This document shows, in pieces, positions 56,436-64,000 of a stretch of DNA of 64,000 nucleotides. Under the pieces are notes generated by a model. The model saw only the letters and a list, made by a program, of their open reading frames with translations. It was not told the DNA's origin and did no database searches. This DNA is from Thermoanaerobaculaceae bacterium (lineage in GTDB: Bacteria > Acidobacteriota > Thermoanaerobaculia > Thermoanaerobaculales > Thermoanaerobaculaceae). The DNA lies in the NCBI GenBank assembly GCA_035384965.1, contig DAOOJE010000013.1:13531-77530 (forward strand), written 5' to 3'. Within the stretch, counting starts at the first letter, position 1. Each line of letters begins with the position of its first letter. Position numbers and translations under genes: made by a program.

Positions 56436-59192
56436 TCAGTCCAGCAGCTCTTGCACCCGTCGCAGGAGTGCGTGGCGGGAGAAGGGCTTCTGCAGCGCGT
56501 TGAATCCGCCGGCCAGCGCGCCGCCATTGTGCAGGACGTCGAAGCTGTAGCCCGTGCAGAACAGCACCTTTGCTCCGGGACGGCGGGCCACGATCGTGTC
56601 GTGGACGGCCTTCCCGGAAAGCTTCGGCATGACGGCATCCAGGACGTAAAGATCCACCGCCTCAGCCTCGGCTGCAGCCAGCTCGACGGCCTCCGCCCCG
56701 TCGCGGGCCACGATCACCCGGTAGCCCGCCTCCTGCAGCACGCGTGCCGCGAACTCGCGGACCTGTGCATCATCCTCTGCCAGCAGGATCGTCTCACCGC
56801 GGCCGAGCGCCATGGGGACGGTCGCGTCCTCGGGCGACGGCGGGGCCACGCCGGGGGCCGCCGCGGGCAGGAAGACCCGGAACACGGTCCCTTTGCCGGG
56901 CTCGCTCTGCACCTCCACGAAACCTCCGTGCTGCTTGACGATGCCGTAGACCATCGCCAGCCCGAGCCCGGTGCCCTTGCCCACCTCCTTCGTGGTGAAG
57001 AACGGCTCGAAGACCCGGTCGAGGTTTTCCTGGGGAATGCCGCAACCAGTATCGGCAACCGCAAGGACGACGTACGTGCCTGGCCGGGCCCCGGGCACCC
57101 GGACAGCGCTCTCGGCGTCGATTTCCACATGCCAGGTCTCGATTCGCAGCACGCCGCCGTCGGGCATGGCGTCTCGGGCGTTGACACACAGGTTCACGAG
57201 CACCTGCTCGAGATGCCCGGGGTCGGCGAAGACCATCGGGAGGCGGCCATGGCTCACCGTGTGGAGCTCGATCCTCTCCTCGATGAGGCGCCGGAGCATC
57301 TTTGCCAGGCCGGTGATCAGAGCATCCAGGTCGACGGCCTCGCGCTGCATCGTCTGGCGGCGACTGAACGCCAGGAGCCGGCGGACGAGCGTCGCTGCGC
57401 GGTCGGTGGCCCGGCCGACCTCCTCCAGTTCGTGAGTCGGGCTCTCCCCGGTCGCGAGCCTGAGCTGGGCCAGCTCCAAATAGCCGGTGATGACCTGGAG
57501 CAGGTTGTTGAAATCGTGGGCCACACCACCGGCGAGCGAACCGATCGCTTCCATTTTCTGCGCCTGCCGGTACTGCTCCTCGAGGCGGCGCACCTCGGTG
57601 ATGTCGGCTGCCACACCCAGGACCCCGAAGACGTCTCCGTCCGGCGCCGTGAGTGGCACCTTGTTGGTGTTGAACCAGGTGACGCGCCCGTCCGTCTGGT
57701 GCTGTGTCTCGACGATACCGAGCTTGGGTCTGCCGCTATCCATCACTTCCCTGTCGTCGGCGCGATACTTCTCCGCTTCCGTGCTGGCCCACGGGAGGTC
57801 GAAATCGGTCTTGCCGACGATGTCCTCCACGGCCGAAAGCCCGGCGCCGCGCGCGAACGCGAGGTTGCAGCCGAGGTACACCGAGCGCCGGTCCTTCCAG
57901 AACACCACGCCAGGAAAGTGATCGAGCACACTCCGCAGCATCTGCCGGCTGGTCTGCAGCTCCTCTTCGGCGCGCTTGCGCTCGGTGATGTCCCGGGCTG
58001 CCGCAAAGATGAGCGAGCCGACCGGAGTGGAGCGCCACTCGATGAATCGGTAGCTGCCATCTCGGCAACGGTAGCGGTTGACGAAGTTGAGCACCTGCTG
58101 CTGCTCGCGCAAACGGCCCAGAGCCTCGAGCGTCGGTTGCAGGTCATCCGGATGCACGAAGTCGAAAAACCGCCGGCCTTCGAGGTCCTCGATGGGGTAC
58201 CCGAGCGTGCGCTCCCACTCCCGGTTGAGCCGGTGGAACACACCGTCGGTGTCGGCGATGCAGAGCAAGTCGAGGGCGATCGAGAAGAAGTTGTCGAGCT
58301 CCTCGGTCTTGCGCCGCAGCTCCTCCTCGGTCCGCCTCAGCTCGGTGATGTCGACCGAGACCCCGAGCAGACCAGCCGCTCGCTGCGGGCCGAAACGGAA
58401 GGGGACCTTGGTCGTCTGCAGCAGGCGAGTCTCGCCGGCCGCGGTCGTGATCCTCTCTTCAGGGATGAGTCTCGGGCGGCCGCTGCGGATCACCTCGAGG
58501 TCGTTGGCCGCAAACGCCATCGCCTCGGCTTCGGAGGCCGAGAAGTCGCGGTCGGTCTTGCCGAGGACGTGAATCGGCGTTGAGCCGTAGGCCTCGGCGA
58601 CCGCGCGGTTGACGAGCAGGAAGCGTCCCTCCTTGTCCTTGGCGAAGACGAAGTGCGGGATGAGGTCGATGACCTGCCGGAGGAAGACCGCCGAGTCTCT
58701 CGCCGCGCGCATCGATTCGACCTGTAGCGTCACGTCGTTGACCGTCACCAGGAAAGCACCGCGGGTGCCTTCCGGTGTCCCCAGACGCCGGACGCTGACC
58801 TCGACCTCGCGAGTCTCGCCATCGGGTCGGTCGATCCTTCCCTCGAGAACGAAGGGACCGGGCTCGCCCGCACGGATCCGCCTGGCCACCTGGATCGCTC
58901 CGGGAAAGGAGTGCTTGGACAAGAGACGCCGCAGGCGCAGCGCTGACACATCCTCTGCCCGCGCCCCGAGGACATCGAGCAGGGCCTGGTTCGCGGCCAG
59001 CATTTCGAGGGTGGGTGCGACCAACGCCATGCCCACCGGCGAGATTTCGAAGGCGTCCGCCAGCGCCTCGACAGGCCGGGCAGGCCCCCGAGGAGACCGT
59101 GCCGGCGGGGCCGTCTCGGCCATTGGGGGCATGGCCCCCGGCTCATCGGATGCGACCGCACGGCCTCTCTTGTGCAGCGGATCCTCGCTCAT
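56436..59192 (-). CDS. hybrid sensor histidine kinase (multiple PAS domains + HisKA + HATPase + receiver)
   Basis: ATG 59192 has GGAG about 6 nt upstream (the track start GTG 59204 is also possible). At least four PAS/PAC-like repeats are present. H-box [14 protein letters not shown]. HATPase motifs [16 protein letters not shown] and [10 protein letters not shown]-terminal receiver (ILLAEDD....[13 protein letters not shown]....K). Confidence 0.88.
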   Translation of the reverse strand: MSEDPLHKRGRAVASDEPGAMPPMAETAPPARSPRGPARPVEALADAFEISPVGMALVAPTLEMLAANQALLDVLGARAEDVSALRLRRLLSKHSFPGAIQVARRIRAGEPGPFVLEGRIDRPDGETREVEVSVRRLGTPEGTRGAFLVTVNDVTLQVESMRAARDSAVFLRQVIDLIPHFVFAKDKEGRFLLVNRAVAEAYGSTPIHVLGKTDRDFSASEAEAMAFAANDLEVIRSGRPRLIPEERITTAAGETRLLQTTKVPFRFGPQRAAGLLGVSVDITELRRTEEELRRKTEELDNFFSIALDLLCIADTDGVFHRLNREWERTLGYPIEDLEGRRFFDFVHPDDLQPTLEALGRLREQQQVLNFVNRYRCRDGSYRFIEWRSTPVGSLIFAAARDITERKRAEEELQTSRQMLRSVLDHFPGVVFWKDRRSVYLGCNLAFARGAGLSAVEDIVGKTDFDLPWASTEAEKYRADDREVMDSGRPKLGIVETQHQTDGRVTWFNTNKVPLTAPDGDVFGVLGVAADITEVRRLEEQYRQAQKMEAIGSLAGGVAHDFNNLLQVITGYLELAQLRLATGESPTHELEEVGRATDRAATLVRRLLAFSRRQTMQREAVDLDALITGLAKMLRRLIEERIELHTVSHGRLPMVFADPGHLEQVLVNLCVNARDAMPDGGVLRIETWHVEIDAESAVRVPGARPGTYVVLAVADTGCGIPQENLDRVFEPFFTTKEVGKGTGLGLAMVYGIVKQHGGFVEVQSEPGKGTVFRVFLPAAAPGVAPPSPEDATVPMALGRGETILLAEDDAQVREFAARVLQEAGYRVIVARDGAEAVELAAAEAEAVDLYVLDAVMPKLSGKAVHDTIVARRPGAKVLFCTGYSFDVLHNGGALAGGFNALQKPFSRHALLRRVQELLD

Positions 59193-59330
59193 CGAGCGCT
59201 CCACCTACTCCGGCAGCCTGCCCAATGCGTCGTCAGTCGACTGCTGCTTCCATCCTAGCACTGCTCGATCCGGCTCACCCGGGCTCCGCGCCCCGGACAC
59301 GCGCCGGGCGGCTGCGGCCAGCGCCGCCGG

Positions 59331-59903
59331 TCAGCACAGGCGGTCGAGGCTGTGGGCGAGCTGCCGCAGGAGTGCACCTCGCACCTCGTCGGCGAGCGGG
59401 CGGGCCCCCACGAAGCCGATGACGAAGCTGCCACCCTCTTCTTTCGCCACCCGCACCGCGAGCAGCCGGCGGGTCGCGAACTGCAGCTCGATGGTCAGCA
59501 AGGAGCCGGAGTCCGTGTCGATCCGATCGAGTTGCTCCATGGCATAGGCGATCTCGGCCCCCAGCCCCTCGAACTGGTTGGCCGGCACGTTGCCGCGGGT
59601 GGCGACCACGAAGCCCTGGGGGTCCACCACGAACCCCGCCCGAGCCCGGCACAGCTCGAGACTCCAGGCGAGAAACACTTCCCAGCTCTCGAGCTCGAGA
59701 GGAGGCGCGTGGAGGTCCACCGGCATCGGCGCCGGCTCCGGCTGCGGCGGCGGAGACGGCGGCATGGCTGGAATCGGCGCCGGCTGCAATGCGGGAACCA
59801 GAGCTGGAGCGGGCGCCCACGTCCCCGGGGTCCGCCGCGCCAACGACGCGCTGAGTTCCCGGACCTGCGCGAGATCAGACGAGTTGACGCTGCACCTTCT
59901 CAT
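59331..59903 (-). CDS. Roadblock/LC7-like domain protein with Pro-rich N-terminal region
   Basis: 190 aa. ATG 59903 overlaps the ParA-like 3' end by 29 nt. A Pro-rich linker comes first (APAPALVPALQPAPIPAMPPSPPPQPEPAP). Then GFVVDPQGFVVATRGNVPANQFEGLGAEIAYAMEQL....SLLTIELQFATRRLLAVRV, which fits the Roadblock/LC7 (MglB-like) pattern. Confidence 0.6.
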   Translation of the reverse strand: MRRCSVNSSDLAQVRELSASLARRTPGTWAPAPALVPALQPAPIPAMPPSPPPQPEPAPMPVDLHAPPLELESWEVFLAWSLELCRARAGFVVDPQGFVVATRGNVPANQFEGLGAEIAYAMEQLDRIDTDSGSLLTIELQFATRRLLAVRVAKEEGGSFVIGFVGARPLADEVRGALLRQLAHSLDRLC

Positions 59904-60690
59904 GATCCTCTCCAGCGGCGCCGGTCAGCTCGGCAATCAGGCGCTCGATCTCGTCGGCCAGGATCTCGAACCGCCGCGCCTCCGGTGGTGTGCGCCCGCC
60001 CATGAAGCTCACGGGGAGCCCCACCTCGCTGGCGCGCGCGAACGCCTCCCCGCGCGGAATCGCGGTGTCGAGCACCCCCGCGAGTTCAGCCCAGACCGTC
60101 CCCATCACGTTGAGCGACGTGTCCTTGCGCAGCTCGACCATGGTGGGCAGGATCCCCAGCAGCTGCAAGGCCGGGTTCTCCTGCTTCCGGACGTGGTCGA
60201 TGACTCGCAGCACCTGTCCGACGGCGCGCAACGCCAGAGGCTCGGCCTGCAGAGGGACCAGCGCAAAGCCAGAAGCGGCGAGTGCTGCTCTGGTGACCAC
60301 GCCGAGGCCGGAGGGGCAATCGATGATCACGTACTGGCGGCCGTCCCCGAGCTGCGCGACGAGCTCGGCGACCCGCGCCGGCGAGTTGAGCAGAATCTCG
60401 TATTCCCTCACGTCGACCGCGTCCAGGCGGCCGCGCGGCAGGATCGCGAGCGCCGGGATCTTGGTCTGCACGAGCACTTGGTCGAGCGGCAGCCCGGCGA
60501 GAAGATGCTCGGCAAGGCCGGACCACTCTCCCTCACCCCTGGCCAGCGAATGGGCGATCGAGCCTTGCGGGTCGAAGTCGACCAGTACCGTGCGGCGGCC
60601 CCTTTCAGCCAGCGCAACGGCGAGGTTGAGTGCGGTGGTGGTCTTTCCCGTCCCACCCTTCGAAGAAACAAGCGAGATCACGTGTGCCAT
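59875..60690 (-). CDS. ParA/MinD-family P-loop ATPase (orphan)
   Basis: 271 aa. Deviant Walker A VSSKGGTGKTTTALNLA, then VLVDFDPQGS, then Walker B YVIIDCPS. Confidence 0.88.
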   Translation of the reverse strand: MAHVISLVSSKGGTGKTTTALNLAVALAERGRRTVLVDFDPQGSIAHSLARGEGEWSGLAEHLLAGLPLDQVLVQTKIPALAILPRGRLDAVDVREYEILLNSPARVAELVAQLGDGRQYVIIDCPSGLGVVTRAALAASGFALVPLQAEPLALRAVGQVLRVIDHVRKQENPALQLLGILPTMVELRKDTSLNVMGTVWAELAGVLDTAIPRGEAFARASEVGLPVSFMGGRTPPEARRFEILADEIERLIAELTGAAGEDHEKVQRQLV

Positions 60691-60750
60691 GGTCGCTCCC
60701 CTGCCCGGCCACTGCCGGGCCAGACCGCGCGGTCGCGGCTGGAACCCTCT

Positions 60751-61035
60751 TCACTCCTCGATCAGGCATCGCAGCCTTTCCAGAACCTCGGCCGTGCGTT
60801 CGCCGAACAGCTGGATGCGAAGCCTCTCGCTCCCCACGATTCCCTGCACCACCCAGTCCGTCGCGTGGTCGACCCGGAAGTAGGGGCGCGGAAAATGCGG
60901 AAAATACTGCAGGATACCGGCTTGCCCGAGACGGCGGACGAGCGCCTCGCTCACCGGCTGGTCGAGCGAGACCTCGACCGCTTCCGAGCGGTCGAGACAG
61001 CTCTCGAGGTCCCGCAGGTTGGTGATCCGGGCCAT
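60751..61035 (-). CDS. small hypothetical protein (94 aa), family not recognised
   Basis: ATG 61035 abuts the TAA of the upstream PLP-enzyme gene with 0 nt spacing. The sequence is protein-like (MARITNLRDLESCLDRSEAVEVSLDQPVSEALVRRLGQAGILQYFPHFPRPYFRVDH...), and it lies in the operon frame. Confidence 0.6.
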   Translation of the reverse strand: MARITNLRDLESCLDRSEAVEVSLDQPVSEALVRRLGQAGILQYFPHFPRPYFRVDHATDWVVQGIVGSERLRIQLFGERTAEVLERLRCLIEE

Positions 61036-62172
61036 TTACCTCGCCTCCAGGCGACCCAGGGCACCGACCAGCGAATCCACGTCGTCCTCGGTCGTGCTCC
61101 AGCCGACGCTCGCCCGCACGCACCCTTCCGGGCCGCCTCCCAGCGCCCGGTGCGCGAGCGGGGCGCAGTGCAGGCCGCTGCGTACCTCGATCCCGAACGA
61201 CTCCCGGAGCACGAAGGCGACGGCATCCGGGCTCCAGCCTCGGAGGGAAAACGAGACAATGCCGATTCGTTCGTCGTCGCCGGCGAGCGGCAGTGCCCGG
61301 ACAGCGGACAGCGCGGCCAGGCCCTGACGAAGGCGTCGAACCAGAGTCGCACGGTGCGCACCGACGGAATGAACGCCCACCTCCCGGATGAGTCGGACGC
61401 CAGCCAGAAGCCCCGCCAGACCAGGGAGGTTCGGCGTGCCTGCCTCGTGGCGCAGCGGTAGCTCGGGGGGGTGGAGCGGGCTCTCGGAGCGCACGCCCGT
61501 GCCCCCGACCACCGTCTGGGGGAGTTCGCCGTCGGGCACCACGAGGCCGCCGACCCCAGGCGGACCCCATAGCCCCTTGTGCCCCGAGAACGCGATGAAA
61601 ACACGGCCCGGCAGGTGCCGGTGGTGGATCTCGACAGCCCCCGCCGCCTGCGACGCATCGAGCAGCAGAGGCACGCCGGCCGCGGCCGCGATCCGAGCGA
61701 AGTCCTCGACCGGCTGGATTGCGCCGGAGACGTTCGAGGCCCACGTGAGGGCCACCAGCGCCGTCTCGGGGCGGAGCGAGGCGGCGAGCTCGTCGACTCG
61801 AACGATGCCGTCAGGACTCGTCCCGAGGTACGAGACCGCCACGTCCAGGTCGCGCTCGCGGTGCGCGATCGGGCGGAGCACGGAGTTGTGCTCCAGCACC
61901 GACGTCACGACGTGCGAGCCGCGGGTCACGAGAGCCCCGATCACCAGGTTGATGGCGTACGTCGAGGAGGGCAGGAGCACCACCCGCACCGGATCCGCCG
62001 CACCGAGCAGGAGTGCGAGTTCCCTCCGGCAGGGTTCGATCGGGTCACAGGCGCTGTCGCCGCCGCGTGCCGCGTCGACCGGCGGGCGATCGAACCACGC
62101 CGTGACGGCTTCCACGACTTCCCTCGGCTTCGGGAAGGAGGTCGCTGCGTGATTCAGGTAGATCGCCTCCAT
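61036..62172 (-). CDS. class V aminotransferase-fold PLP enzyme (cysteine desulfurase / selenocysteine lyase-like)
   Basis: 378 aa, with GAGGGGGA 4-5 nt before ATG 62172. The start reads YLNHAATSFPKP. Also ASNVSG, DASQAAG, the PLP lysine motif SGHKGLWGPPGVG and the C-terminal RSGLHCAP. Confidence 0.85.
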   Translation of the reverse strand: MEAIYLNHAATSFPKPREVVEAVTAWFDRPPVDAARGGDSACDPIEPCRRELALLLGAADPVRVVLLPSSTYAINLVIGALVTRGSHVVTSVLEHNSVLRPIAHRERDLDVAVSYLGTSPDGIVRVDELAASLRPETALVALTWASNVSGAIQPVEDFARIAAAAGVPLLLDASQAAGAVEIHHRHLPGRVFIAFSGHKGLWGPPGVGGLVVPDGELPQTVVGGTGVRSESPLHPPELPLRHEAGTPNLPGLAGLLAGVRLIREVGVHSVGAHRATLVRRLRQGLAALSAVRALPLAGDDERIGIVSFSLRGWSPDAVAFVLRESFGIEVRSGLHCAPLAHRALGGGPEGCVRASVGWSTTEDDVDSLVGALGRLEAR

Positions 62173-62192
62173 GGTTCCCCCTCGACACGAAC

Positions 62193-62223
62193 GGCCGGAC
62201 CGGGGGTCCCCCCCGGCCCGGCC
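62193..62223. other. GC-rich 14-bp stem-loop in the V4R / PLP-enzyme spacer
   Basis: GGCCGGACCGGGGG-tcc-CCCCCGGCCCGGCC with one A.C mismatch. It sits between stop 62231 and start 62172, and no clear U-tract follows it on the minus-strand transcript. Confidence 0.5.
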
Positions 62224-62230
62224 ACCCGCC

Positions 62231-62812
62231 TCACTTCTTCGTCACGACGAACTCGCCGAACTGGTCGCCGGCCTCGATGCCGCGCGTCTGGTCGCACTCG
62301 AAAGTGCGCATCCCGTTCGGATAGGGCGCCGCGTAGGCCAGCTCCATGAACGCCTTGGAGACGCCGCGGATCATGAACGCTCGCTTTCCGTCGCCGCCCG
62401 ACTCGGCCTCGTAGTAGTCCACGGCGCGAATCGTCATCGAATCGCCTTCCTTGATCTGCACGATCCCGGACTTGGCCCAGCCCCAGGCCGTGAACACCGC
62501 GAAGGCGCCGCGCAGCACATCCTTGGCACCTTCGGTCACCATCGGCGTCACCACCGACTCGAATTCGGGGCTGGTCACGATTCCGTAGCCCGTATGGTAG
62601 CCGCACTCGTACGCGCAGTTGACGAGGGCCGCATCCATCTCCGCCTTGCGCTCCGGCGGGGTGATGGCCATCATCCGCTCGGCCACGGTGTTCCAGAACG
62701 TCCATGGAAGCTGATTGACGAGCACGTTGAAGGCGGGGATGAGCCCATTCTCGTTCGGCTTGGCCTCGACCTGCACGAGCTGCTTCACGACCTGGTCACG
62801 CATTACCGTCAT
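62231..62812 (-). CDS. V4R (4-vinyl reductase / hydrocarbon-binding-protein-like) domain protein
   Basis: ATG 62812 has GGAG 8 nt upstream (GTG 62833, overlapping as GTGA, is the alternative). The C-terminal part FMIRGVSKAFMELAYAA....MRTFECDQTRGIEAGDQFGEFVV fits the V4R end motif (E..C...G...C.F) with partial loss of Cys. Confidence 0.65.
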   Translation of the reverse strand: MTVMRDQVVKQLVQVEAKPNENGLIPAFNVLVNQLPWTFWNTVAERMMAITPPERKAEMDAALVNCAYECGYHTGYGIVTSPEFESVVTPMVTEGAKDVLRGAFAVFTAWGWAKSGIVQIKEGDSMTIRAVDYYEAESGGDGKRAFMIRGVSKAFMELAYAAPYPNGMRTFECDQTRGIEAGDQFGEFVVTKK

Positions 62813-62829
62813 GGCATGCTCTCCTTCCC

Positions 62830-63345
62830 TCACACGGCTTTCACGGAGAGCACGCTCTCCGGGGCGCCCGTGACGATGGCGGCGGTCTCGATGACCTCGA
62901 AACTGCGCGCCGGCTTGTCGAACGCCACCGCGAACATGGCGGCCACGAAGCCGCGCGTGAAGTGGTTGATGGGTTTGTCGTGCTTACCCCACTTGGCGAT
63001 CCACCCCTCGTCGACGTGGGAGTGCGCCAGCTTCGCCTCGCCGCCGGCGGGCGTTCCGCTGACGGCCATCTTGCCCATGCCCATGAACGAGTAGTACTCG
63101 GCACCCACCTGCAGGCGCTCGGCCGGCGACGTGATCCCCTTCTCCTTGACGTAGCTCTCGAGTACCGGCCGGATCGTGTCCTCGGCCGTCTCGGCCAGCA
63201 CGCGAACCGCGCCGAGGTCGGCAAAGTCTTCGGCTAGCTTGGTGGTCAGCGACATGTAGTGATGGCAGTGGAGCACGAAACCGTGCCCGTTGATGAAATG
63301 CCGGAAGGTGTTTTCGTCGAAAGTGTGCTTGATTTCCAGTGCCAT
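62830..63345 (-). CDS. V4R domain protein (Cys-less variant)
   Basis: 171 aa, with GGAGGGGG before ATG 63345. It has the length and pattern of COG1719-type V4R proteins (GMGKMAV......A.SHV...W.......P.NHFTRGFVAAMFAVAF.....FEVIETAAIVTGAPESVLSV). The usual Cys residues are replaced. Confidence 0.6.
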   Translation of the reverse strand: MALEIKHTFDENTFRHFINGHGFVLHCHHYMSLTTKLAEDFADLGAVRVLAETAEDTIRPVLESYVKEKGITSPAERLQVGAEYYSFMGMGKMAVSGTPAGGEAKLAHSHVDEGWIAKWGKHDKPINHFTRGFVAAMFAVAFDKPARSFEVIETAAIVTGAPESVLSVKAV

Positions 63346-63360
63346 GGCTCATCCCCCTCC

Positions 63361-64000
63361 CTAGAAGAAGCTGGCCAGCTCGTCGATGAGCGGCTTGGCC
63401 TTGTGGCGGATGATGCCGAGCTTGGAGGCATCCGGAGCCGTGATTGCGATGACCGCGTCGCCCACTGGCCGGCACATGATGACGGCACGGCCGTACTCGA
63501 CGAAGAGATCCTGGAACTTGGCGATCTTCAGCTCCGAACCCATCTCCTCGATGCCGTTGATGGCGTTCGCGAGGGCGGCGCCGAGGTCGTCGAGGGAGAT
63601 CGCCGTGCTGCCGCCCGACGACTCGATGACGAATCCGTCGCGGCCCACGACCACGGCCGCGGTGACGCCTGGGACCTTGAGCAACTCTTCCAGGACGTCG
63701 GTTGAGGTTCTCGGTGTCTGGGGCATGTCTTCGCTCCTTTCGTCGCCGGCCAGGTAACCGGCATGTTGTTTCTTCGCGCGCTCGTCCTGGATCCTCACTG
63801 CCTCCAGGAGCGCCTGCTGGGTCGGCATGAGCATGGTGTTCTTGGGCGAGAGCACCGATTCGAAGAAGTGGAACGTCCCGCTGGTCCAACCCATGACCTC
63901 GATCAGCGCCTCCATCCCGGCGAGCGCCCCCGACACGACGTGCACGAGATTGCCCTTCACGAGGTAGGCCCTGGCTTCCAGGCCCTTGCCGGACGGCTGC
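63361..64000 (-). CDS. DUF4388(PATAN)-Roadblock/LC7 fusion protein; 5' end beyond the window
   Basis: The frame stays open upstream of the track start (QPSGKGLEARAYLVKGNLVHVVSGALAGMEALIEVMGWTSGTFHFFE, the tail of a DUF4388 domain). After a linker comes a classical Roadblock domain: VPGVTAAVVVGRDGFVIESSGG...LGAALANAINGIEEMG......LFVEYGRAVIMCRPVGDAVIAITA. Confidence 0.75.
   Translation of the reverse strand, partial: QPSGKGLEARAYLVKGNLVHVVSGALAGMEALIEVMGWTSGTFHFFESVLSPKNTMLMPTQQALLEAVRIQDERAKKQHAGYLAGDERSEDMPQTPRTSTDVLEELLKVPGVTAAVVVGRDGFVIESSGGSTAISLDDLGAALANAINGIEEMGSELKIAKFQDLFVEYGRAVIMCRPVGDAVIAITAPDASKLGIIRHKAKPLIDELASFF

Noticed and set aside
56433-56438. Palindromic TGATCA where the cyanophycin operon and the hybrid kinase converge with 0-nt spacing.
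   Set aside because: It is simply two abutting stop codons (TGA and the complement of TGA). I see no further structure or repeat around it.

Overview
Very GC-rich (about 70 % by eye, not computed), gene-dense chromosomal segment from a diderm bacterium. I support about 60 protein genes and one tRNA. I saw no rRNA, CRISPR array, transposase or integrase. The ORF track is dominated by Arg/Pro/Gly-rich shadow ORFs and by over-extended N-termini. I picked real genes by protein-like sequence, third-position GC, family motifs and start/stop overlaps. At least 24 gene junctions overlap as ATGA, GTGA or TGATG, which fixes many true starts.

Layout, left to right:
- 1-2811: a rearranged RiPP-type maturation locus. 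It holds a partial S8 protease, a PqqD/RRE protein, a PqqE-like SPASM stump and an HprK-related kinase.
- 3014-12544: a seven-gene coupled operon. It encodes an exported CxxC protein, an exported MEMO-like protein, a pxpB-pxpC fusion, an MFS transporter, pxpA, an LtaS-type transferase and an alpha/beta hydrolase.
- 12919-21886: purN-purM-purF-purL-purQ-purS (transcribed purS to purN), then an MBL hydrolase, dut and an M16 peptidase.
- 21948-33232: an ~11 kb T2SS/T4P-hybrid operon headed by an ECF sigma/anti-sigma pair. It contains GspE, GspF, PilMNOP-like proteins, a secretin and three pseudopilins.
- 33392-38237: LPS inner-core genes waaA, lpxK, hldA, hldC and waaC.
- 38337-45850: pilB-pilT-pilC-pilS-pilR plus a DUF192 gene, with no pilin gene.
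- 45981-49889: an FmdB zinc ribbon, a DUF4388 protein, tRNA-Sec, an orphan HAL-family ammonia-lyase and a frameshifted gene.
- 50214-56435: a cyanophycin locus with cyanophycinase, cphA, a CphA paralogue lacking the ATP-grasp domain, and a tandem PH-like membrane protein.
- 56436-64000: a PAS-rich hybrid kinase preceded by a Roadblock/V4R/ParA/PLP-enzyme operon.

Most interesting items: the G-domain-less CphA paralogue; the Roadblock/V4R/ParA operon; the broken PqqD/SPASM/HprK locus; and the HAL homologue with an Ala-Cys-Gly triad in place of Ala-Ser-Gly. All family calls come from reading the sequence, with no database search.
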